The notes under the pieces: model-generated
Seen by the model: the letters and a program-made list of their open reading frames with translations, nothing else
Database searches by the model: none
Told to the model about the DNA's origin: nothing
Shown here: positions 7,427 through 13,687 of the stretch, in pieces
How the letters are laid out: each line of letters starts with the position of its first letter
Numbering within the stretch: the stretch's first letter is position 1
Translations under genes and position numbers: made by a program
Source: Pseudobdellovibrionaceae bacterium
Lineage (GTDB): Bacteria; Bdellovibrionota; Bdellovibrionia; Bdellovibrionales; Bdellovibrionaceae
Length of the DNA stretch: 13,687 nt
Direction: 5' to 3'
Assembly: GCA_039810425.1 (NCBI GenBank)
Contig: JBDHWW010000069.1
Span: forward strand, 1-13,687

Positions 7427-8191
7427 TCAAAACTTTGCCCCCTCTATGAACTGAATCATGGCCTGAGCAAGCCCGTGAGGCTGGTCAAACATCACCCGGT
7501 GCGAAGCCTTCGGCAATATAAGCGATGCTAATCCCGGCGAGCGCTTTTTAAGGTCCATCGAGATGCTCGAAAACTTGATATCTTTTTCCCCCGCAACCCA
7601 AAGAATCTTTTCACTCAACTGGGCAATCAGGTCGCGGAAGTCCATCTGCTGGGAAAGCGACCATTGCAAAAGAGCCTGGGACAAAAGGGCCCGGCTGTAG
7701 GCCTCTTCCGACCGCTGCGGTTCATAAGTGCTGTCTTTAAAAGCGGTCTGCGAACCCCACTCTTTCATGAGCGCCGCCCACGGCGTTTCTAAAAATTTCT
7801 GTGACCAGCTAAGGTCCGTCCGCGCGCGATCTTCCTGATCTTTGCTGCGCTGAAGACCCGGATTTGCCGAAACGAAAATGGCTTTTTCATAGAGTCCAGA
7901 ATCCGCCTGAAGCGCGTGAAGCGCCAAACGCCCGCCGAGAGAATAACCCACCAAAATGCGCGGGCCCTCGGGAAACTGCTGACGAATCCGCGCGTTGAAA
8001 GCACGAGCCCAGGTAGCAAAGTCGTTGCTGGGATCCAGGCCCGGAGTTTTCATGTAGTCGACATTCCACCACTCAAACTGATGAGCCAGTGGTGAAACCA
8101 TAAAGTAACTCTTCACGAGGTCCCAATCCTCCGGAAGGCCCAAGAAACCGTGAAGACAGATGATCTTAATTTTCGAAGCGGCTATTTCCAA
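7427..8191 (-). CDS. menH: SHCHC synthase MenH (alpha/beta hydrolase; about 254 aa from TTG 8191, alternative GTG 8203)
   Basis: LHGFLG, GYSLGGR, GEKDIKF and SHRV; overlaps the menD stop codon. Confidence 0.85.
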   Translation of the reverse strand: MEIAASKIKIICLHGFLGLPEDWDLVKSYFMVSPLAHQFEWWNVDYMKTPGLDPSNDFATWARAFNARIRQQFPEGPRILVGYSLGGRLALHALQADSGLYEKAIFVSANPGLQRSKDQEDRARTDLSWSQKFLETPWAALMKEWGSQTAFKDSTYEPQRSEEAYSRALLSQALLQWSLSQQMDFRDLIAQLSEKILWVAGEKDIKFSSISMDLKKRSPGLASLILPKASHRVMFDQPHGLAQAMIQFIEGAKF

Positions 8192-9750
8192 ACCAGTTCC
8201 CACTCCTTTAAGAAGCCATCGGTGTGTTCCGGATCAGGAATGAGTTCAATCACTTCGTGGTCACCAAGGTTCACCGACTCAGGAATTGTTTCCCAAGCAT
8301 TGTAACCCCAATTGAACATCTTCGCCCAGTGACTGAATTCAAGGTTATGACTGTTCAAGAAGATGTCTTTTTTGAACATGCGCTGGAAAATCTGCCCGCC
8401 GTGGTTGTTAATCACTACAATGCGCATCTTTTTATTCTCGAGCTGTGGGGTAATCCACAGAGAAGACAAATCGTACATTGCCGTGAGATCACCAACGATG
8501 CACCAATTCTCGGTCTCGCGCTCGGCCCAACCGAGGAACGTCGAAACCTGCCCATCGATCCCATTCGCGCCGCGGTTGCCGACCACGCGGGAAGGATAAG
8601 ACTCAAAATCCGCAGCCAGATCCCAGTGACGAATGGGCAAGCTGTTCCCAACATACACGGACTGACCTTTAAGTTTCTTAGAAACCGCCCACACCAGCGC
8701 CTGTTCAGAGCGCGGATATTTTGTCATAAGCGCTTCTTTTTGATGTGACAGCCGCAAGTCCTCTTTCAATACCGGGCCGAGATCTTTAAAGTGCTCAGGG
8801 CTTTCGATCATCGCGAGCGACGCCAGGTGAGTATAGTGATTCACTTCGCGGCTTAAACCTGAATAGTGGTTAAAGCCCACGGAAAGAACCGGCAAATGCT
8901 TGCGTTTATCTTCGAGGTCCCGCCAGAGACGAATCGTCGGTACTCCGCCAATACGCAGAACCGCATTACAGATGCCTTTATCTAAAAGGTGACCCAGATA
9001 ATTTTCACCTGAGCGGACCTCGAGATGTTTCAACTCCGGGTGCCCGCGCAAGCCGGAAATACCTTCGGCATAAATCGGACACTGAATCTTTTTAAGAAAA
9101 TCCACCATTGGAGCTTGTGCTTTGGGCGGCAAAGTTCCGAGGATCACAATCGGATTGTAGATTTGCAAAAAGTGAGTCGTGTCATGGCCGGCGGTCGGCT
9201 CTGCTTGCTCTGGGAATTTCACCCACTCACAGTCCATTTGCAAATCCAGCTTCACCACCGGGCCATCAATCAACGGCTCGGTAAAACAAACGTTAATGTG
9301 CACCGGCTTTTTCCAAGTCAGACCTTTCATCGAGAAGTGGCTGTTCTCAGAATCAATATCCAACGACGCCTCGATATAATACGAAAAAATACCGACTTGC
9401 TCGATGCTTTGGGGTGCGCCGGAACCACGGTAAGATTTCGGGCGATCGGCAGACACCATTACCAGCGGCAATGATGAGTAGGTCGCTTCAATCGCCGCCG
9501 GCAGAAGTTCCGCGACGGCCGTGCCTGAAGTCGTTATCACCGCCATCGGTCTTTGCGTTTTGGCCATACGGCCCAATGCGAAGAACGCCGCCGAGCGCTC
9601 TTCAAAAAAAGAATAGACTTTGACGTCTTTATTTTCTTCCAAGATGTTTACGAACGGACTGTTGCGGGCTCCAGCACAAAGACAGAACTCGCGAATTCCT
9701 GATGACACCAAACCTTGCAGCACTTTGGCTGCCAACTGCATATTTGTCAT
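8182..9750 (-). CDS. menD: SEPHCHC synthase MenD (522 aa)
   Basis: GARNSP, EERSAAFFALG, TTSGTA, ADRP, PVHINVCFTEPL, GNSLPIR, NRGANGIDG, GDLTAMYD and NNHGGQIF; ATG 9750 is in an ATGA overlap with the menF stop. Confidence 0.96.
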   Translation of the reverse strand: MTNMQLAAKVLQGLVSSGIREFCLCAGARNSPFVNILEENKDVKVYSFFEERSAAFFALGRMAKTQRPMAVITTSGTAVAELLPAAIEATYSSLPLVMVSADRPKSYRGSGAPQSIEQVGIFSYYIEASLDIDSENSHFSMKGLTWKKPVHINVCFTEPLIDGPVVKLDLQMDCEWVKFPEQAEPTAGHDTTHFLQIYNPIVILGTLPPKAQAPMVDFLKKIQCPIYAEGISGLRGHPELKHLEVRSGENYLGHLLDKGICNAVLRIGGVPTIRLWRDLEDKRKHLPVLSVGFNHYSGLSREVNHYTHLASLAMIESPEHFKDLGPVLKEDLRLSHQKEALMTKYPRSEQALVWAVSKKLKGQSVYVGNSLPIRHWDLAADFESYPSRVVGNRGANGIDGQVSTFLGWAERETENWCIVGDLTAMYDLSSLWITPQLENKKMRIVVINNHGGQIFQRMFKKDIFLNSHNLEFSHWAKMFNWGYNAWETIPESVNLGDHEVIELIPDPEHTDGFLKEWELVWK

Positions 9751-10811
9751 GATTCCAATCCTAGCGCTTGCTTCACTGAATTGCGTTTCAGGAAGAGCTC
9801 CCTCCACTCTTGTTTTAATTCACTCTGGGCGACGATACCACATCCGGATCCAATTCTGGACCCTGCGGGATCCCACTGGATGTTGCGAATGGCCACCAAG
9901 CACAAAGCGTCTTCCTTGCTCCAAGACAGCCCCCAAGGGGCCCCGAAGCCCCGGCGATCTTTTTGCTCAGGCAAACTCTTCATCCACTCATAACCATAGT
10001 CACGTGGCGCCACCCCCAAAGCGGGCGTCGGATGAAGCGCACGGCAGGCATTGAAGAATGAAAAATCTTTAAGTGATGGGATCTCACACTGGATGTCGGT
10101 CTTGAGATGGAAAAGTGCTGGCAATTCCAGGATCGTCGGCCCTTGCGTTTGCAGCTTTCCATATCTTTCAAGACTTTGCACAATATCCTGCACAACAAGG
10201 TCATGTTCGTGGCGTTCTTTGGCATCTTCAAGCAACGAAGTTCTATCCATGGCGTCTTCCTTCGGGCAAGTTCCCGCAAGGGCCATCGTCGTCAGCGTGT
10301 GGCCCTCTTGCTTCAGCAGGACTTCCGGTGTCGCCCCAAGAATGCCCTTCCCCTTCTGCCACGAACCAAACACGTAAAGGTTCGGCGGAGCCTTCAACAA
10401 ATCTTTGAAAATAGCAATCATCCGTGCCTGACCAAGAGTCTCTGTAGATTTTTCGAAAACGATCGGGACAGCTTTGCGGAGCGACCCCTGGTGGATGCGC
10501 TCTAAGATCCTTCCATAGGAAACCGAGAAACTTTCAAGCTCCGCAGGCTCCCAAGTCACTGCGGGCAAGGGGTCCACAGAGTCAAAGTTTAATAGTGCTG
10601 AAAAGTCCTCATCGGTAAGTCTATAGAACGACTCTGGAATCCAATATTTCTCAGAACCATCCGCAAAGAAGTCCGGATGGAACAGAGCCACTTCGTCATG
10701 GTCTTTGTCAACGCTTTCACGGAACGGGCCTTCCAATAAAAACCAGTTGTTTGGGCCGACGCGAAGGAGGGCTCCTGACTCTAAAAAGTTTGTAAAATTT
10801 GATGGCTTCAT
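9747..10811 (-). CDS. menF: Isochorismate synthase MenF (about 354 aa from ATG 10811; ORF extends to 10886)
   Basis: Chorismate-binding motifs GATPE, ALAGT, KERHEH, HLKT, LHPTPA, VAIRN and GCGIV..S....EW.E...K; translationally coupled to menD. Confidence 0.9.
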   Translation of the reverse strand: MKPSNFTNFLESGALLRVGPNNWFLLEGPFRESVDKDHDEVALFHPDFFADGSEKYWIPESFYRLTDEDFSALLNFDSVDPLPAVTWEPAELESFSVSYGRILERIHQGSLRKAVPIVFEKSTETLGQARMIAIFKDLLKAPPNLYVFGSWQKGKGILGATPEVLLKQEGHTLTTMALAGTCPKEDAMDRTSLLEDAKERHEHDLVVQDIVQSLERYGKLQTQGPTILELPALFHLKTDIQCEIPSLKDFSFFNACRALHPTPALGVAPRDYGYEWMKSLPEQKDRRGFGAPWGLSWSKEDALCLVAIRNIQWDPAGSRIGSGCGIVAQSELKQEWRELFLKRNSVKQALGLES

Positions 10812-10885
10812 GCTAGTCTGCGCTTCCACAAAAACCCCGATTTTTCGACCCTTAGGGTCAACAACGTGGTAGGAATGGGTGTTCA

Positions 10886-10914
10886 TTGCTAAAGTCTTTT
10901 GCTTTGCTTAACTT
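10886..10914 (+). promoter_or_regulatory. Possible sigma70 promoter for aroF-ubiE
   Basis: TTGCTA-N17-TAACTT in the AT-rich divergent region. Confidence 0.3.
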
Positions 10915-10947
10915 AAGTACCTTAACTGGTTAAAAGAAGTTCGTAAT

Positions 10948-11787
10948 ATGGAAATTGAAAGTATGCAAACAACTCCCTCAACCCAAATTGTCAAGATCAA
11001 GACGGCCTACGGGACTCTTGATATCGGGGGACCCCAGTTTTCTGTTTTAGCAGGTCCGTGCTCCATTGAAAGCCATGGGCAATTTTTAGAAACGGCGAAG
11101 GCTGTCAAAGCTCAAGGAGCGTGCATGCTCCGTGGCGGCATTTGGAAGATGCGCACCTCTGCAAAGACCTTCCAGGGCTTGGGCGAATCTTCATTTGATC
11201 TTATCAAGTCTGTTTGCCGTGAAACACAAATGGGTCTCGTCTCGGAGGTCACCGATCCTCGTCAGATCGAAGAACTTGCGGATGTTGTGGACATGTTCCA
11301 AGTTGGTTCCCGCAATATGCACAATTCCTCTTTGTTGAAAGAGCTCGGCCGCGCGAACAAGCCGGTTCTTTTAAAGCGTGGTTTTGCGTCTTTGGTCGAT
11401 GAGTGGATTAAAGCGGCTGAGTACATCACCGCGGGCGGCAATCCAAACGTGATTCTGTGTGAACGCGGCATCCGTACTTTTGAAACAGCGACTCGCAACA
11501 CTTTGGATTTAAATGCCGTTGTTTACGTGAAAAAGAATACTCACTTTCCTGTGATCGTGGACCCTTCTCATGCGGTCGGCATCCGGGCGTTGGTGCCAGA
11601 CCTCGCGATTGCGGCGGCCGCTTCGGGCGCTGACGGTCTCATCGTGGAAGTCCATCCCCGTCCGGCAGAGGCTCTGTCGGATGGACCTCAGGCCCTGACT
11701 TTTGATGATTTCACAACAATGATGAATAAGATCGAAAGGGTCCTTGGTGCCCTGGACCGCCCCCTCCAAAAAGCTTCTTTCGTTTAA
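10948..11787 (+). CDS. aroF: DAHP synthase, type I-beta, catalytic barrel only (279 aa; alternative start 10963)
   Basis: AGPCSIE, RGG..K.RTS...FQG, QVGSRNM, PVLLKRG, LCERGIRTFE, VDPSHAVG and EVHP.P..ALSDG. Confidence 0.95.
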   Translation: MEIESMQTTPSTQIVKIKTAYGTLDIGGPQFSVLAGPCSIESHGQFLETAKAVKAQGACMLRGGIWKMRTSAKTFQGLGESSFDLIKSVCRETQMGLVSEVTDPRQIEELADVVDMFQVGSRNMHNSSLLKELGRANKPVLLKRGFASLVDEWIKAAEYITAGGNPNVILCERGIRTFETATRNTLDLNAVVYVKKNTHFPVIVDPSHAVGIRALVPDLAIAAAASGADGLIVEVHPRPAEALSDGPQALTFDDFTTMMNKIERVLGALDRPLQKASFV

Positions 11788-11797
11788 GGAACTGCCC

Positions 11798-12511
11798 GTG
11801 CAACAAAAACACTCTCCAAACCCAGATGTCATCCGCAGCATGTTCAGCAAGGTTGCGGCGAACTACGATAAAGGCAACAACGTTTTGTCGATGGGCATCC
11901 ACCATTTGTGGCGCAAAAAGCTCGTGAAATTGAGTGGTGCAAGTGCCGGTCAGGCGGTTTTGGATTGTGCAACGGGCACTGGTGATCTTGCGATCGAGTT
12001 CAAAAAGGTCGTAGGCACTTCAGGCTCTGTTGTCGGCACTGACTTCTGTGCTGCGATGTTGGTCCCGGCTCCCGCGAAAGCGGCGGCTCGTGACTTGGAT
12101 ATTCGCTTTGAGCAAGCCGATGTCACACAACTTCAGTACGCGGATAATAGCTTTGATATTTCCAGCATTTCATTCGGAATCCGCAACGTCGGCGACCCCG
12201 TGAAAGGTTTGAAAGAAATGGCTCGCGTGGTGAAACCAGGTGGCCGCGTGATGGTTCTTGAATTCGGTCAAGTACAAATGCCTGTCTTCGGACCACTGTA
12301 CAATTTTTATTCCGAAAAGATCCTGCCAAAAATTGGAGGCCTGGTCACGGGTCAAGGCGAGGCCTATGAGTACCTCCAAAAATCTTCCGCGGCTTTTCCT
12401 TGCCGTGAAGAGTTCCTCAATTTAATGAAGCAGACCGGTGACTTTAGTGAACTGACCTTTACCGGACTCACCGGTGGCATTGCTTACATTTATCAAGGAA
12501 TCGTGAAGTAG
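11798..12511 (+). CDS. ubiE: Demethylmenaquinone methyltransferase UbiE/MenG (237 aa)
   Basis: MFSKVAANYD..N.VLSMGIHHLWR, VLDCATGTGD, SFGIRNV, EMARVVKPGG and YEYLQKS; SD AAGGA before GTG 11798. Confidence 0.95.
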   Translation: MQQKHSPNPDVIRSMFSKVAANYDKGNNVLSMGIHHLWRKKLVKLSGASAGQAVLDCATGTGDLAIEFKKVVGTSGSVVGTDFCAAMLVPAPAKAAARDLDIRFEQADVTQLQYADNSFDISSISFGIRNVGDPVKGLKEMARVVKPGGRVMVLEFGQVQMPVFGPLYNFYSEKILPKIGGLVTGQGEAYEYLQKSSAAFPCREEFLNLMKQTGDFSELTFTGLTGGIAYIYQGIVK

Positions 12512-12516
12512 GCCCA

Positions 12517-12539
12517 CCCTGAGATCGTCCAAATCTTAT
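12517..12539 (+). repeat. Intergenic element copy 2 (CCCTGAGATCGTCCAAATCTTAT)
   Basis: Aligns with 6503-6526; a partial third copy CACCCTGGGA lies at 12547-12556. Confidence 0.55.
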
Positions 12540-12654
12540 ACCGGGACACCCTGGGACCAAGCCCAAAATCGAGATTCATTGCCATTCCATCGATATTTTG
12601 GAGCGGAGAATTTTATAAATTCGGCTCATTTTGGAATTTTTTGTTAAAGTACGG

Positions 12655-12682
12655 TCAAGACTTTTCATGTTTTTACCGATAA
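12655..12682 (+). promoter_or_regulatory. sigma28/FliA-like promoter of the fibre gene
   Basis: TCAAG-N15-ACCGATAA (7/8 match to GCCGATAA), ending 7 nt before ATG 12690. Confidence 0.65.
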
Positions 12683-12689
12683 ATATCTC

Positions 12690-13687
12690 ATGAAAACACT
12701 TACATGCACGTATGCTGGAAATCTTAACCAAGTTGCGGCGAGATGCTTAAAATTCACCAAGATTGTACTCGCGCTCGCGCTTTTGTTGTTAACTCAACAA
12801 ATTCAAGCTGCCGCACCATCTTCGGGCATTACCTATACCGGCCGTATTCTCGATTCCAACGATCAACCTGTCACTGCCTCACAAGTTTACTTCACTATTA
12901 CTATTTCTGACCCTGATCAAAAATGCTGGTTGTACACCGAGCAGCGCGTGATTGATATGTCTGTCTCTGCCGGCAACTTTGCATTTGAAGTTGGTTCTAA
13001 CGATTCGCTCACTTTGAATGGGATACCTTCTTTCAATAACCAAGCCGCACCAAGCGGGGTTAAAAATCTTGCAGATGTTTTCGACAATGCAAAGACCTTC
13101 ACACTTCTACCCGGCTCTGGTGGCGGTTACCCTTGTCTGAGCGGTTACAACCCAACGACTTCCACGGATCCCAATGAAGGCCGCGTGATGGCGATCTTCT
13201 TCCGTATCGGCCCATCAGGTATGGATCAGGCGTTACCAGCGCTACGTATCACTCCGGTGCCTCTGGCGATGCAAGCAATCAATGCCGCAAAAGTTGGTGG
13301 CTATGGGACCGGTGAGCTTTTGAAAGTGGGCCCGACGGTCGCTCAAAGCCATGGTAGCTTGACCCAACCTGACTACGATGAGTTTATTAAATTGATTCTT
13401 GGCACTTCAACGGCTTATCTCAAGTCCATCCCGAGTTTGGGAGGCGATATCTCTGGTACTTTGCCAGCCATGAAAGTCGTTAAAATTCAAAATGTCGATG
13501 TGGATCCTCTGACGAGTGCCTTAAGCGGGAATGTCCTAACATACGACGGCAATAAGCTTGTGTGGCAGGCCGGGGCCGCAGCTGGCATCACAAGCCTTAA
13601 CGGCTTAAATAGTGCCACCCAGTCTTTTGTTTCCGGAGCGGCTCCCCTGACGATTTCCTCTTCAGGTTCAGCACACACCTTTAACAT
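12690..13687 (+). CDS. Large secreted fibre/adhesin (Bdellovibrio 'cell wall surface anchor'/MAT tail-fibre-like family), 5' partial, 332 codons in window
   Basis: Hand translation is open to the window end: MKTLTCTYAGNLNQVAARCLKFTKIVLALALLLLTQQIQA|AAPSSGITYTGRILDSNDQPV..VYFTITISDPDQKCWLYTEQRVIDMSVSAGNFAFEVG...ITPVPLAMQAINAAKVGG...LGGDISGTLPAMKVVKIQ...GNVLTYDGNKLVW..GITSLNGL. It has a signal peptide, a TYxGRIL/CxLYxE N-terminal domain and fibre-shaft motifs. Confidence 0.9.
   Translation, partial: MKTLTCTYAGNLNQVAARCLKFTKIVLALALLLLTQQIQAAAPSSGITYTGRILDSNDQPVTASQVYFTITISDPDQKCWLYTEQRVIDMSVSAGNFAFEVGSNDSLTLNGIPSFNNQAAPSGVKNLADVFDNAKTFTLLPGSGGGYPCLSGYNPTTSTDPNEGRVMAIFFRIGPSGMDQALPALRITPVPLAMQAINAAKVGGYGTGELLKVGPTVAQSHGSLTQPDYDEFIKLILGTSTAYLKSIPSLGGDISGTLPAMKVVKIQNVDVDPLTSALSGNVLTYDGNKLVWQAGAAAGITSLNGLNSATQSFVSGAAPLTISSSGSAHTFN

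Noticed and set aside
9747..10886. Siderophore isochorismate synthase or anthranilate/PABA synthase
   Set aside because: It is translationally coupled to menD-menH, with no NRPS or amidotransferase partner nearby.
10948..11787. KDO8P synthase (kdsA)
   Set aside because: It lacks KANRS and has GSRNM, LKRG and ERGIRTFE, which are typical of DAHP synthase; the men context agrees.
1..13687. CRISPR array, tRNA/rRNA, IS element, prophage or defence system
   Set aside because: No regularly spaced repeats, RNA-gene signatures, transposase, integrase or nuclease ORFs. The fibre gene has a signal peptide and no phage neighbours.

Overview
Mostly core-genome window of roughly balanced GC content, very probably from a Bdellovibrionota (Bdellovibrio-like) bacterium. 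That assignment is inferred from protein style, especially the secreted fibre protein at the right edge. Gene order: monocistronic cheW (+), a bidirectional terminator, transketolase (-), then adenosine deaminase, membrane metallophosphoesterase, proline iminopeptidase and a lipoprotein S1 serine protease (all +). These are followed by menH-menD-menF (-), divergent from a regulatory-domain-less type I-beta DAHP synthase and ubiE/menG (+). The window ends with the 5' 332 codons of a large secreted fibre/adhesin gene, which the ORF track missed because it has no stop codon in the window. No RNA genes, mobile elements or CRISPR arrays were seen. The most interesting signals are non-coding: a ~24-bp TGAGA/TCTYA element shared by the upstream regions of the protease and fibre genes (with a related palindrome at cheW), three sigma28-like promoters, probable leaderless starts, and small ORFs near cheW. 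I see no clear-cut novel multi-gene system; the best candidate is a putative cis-regulon of predation-type genes.
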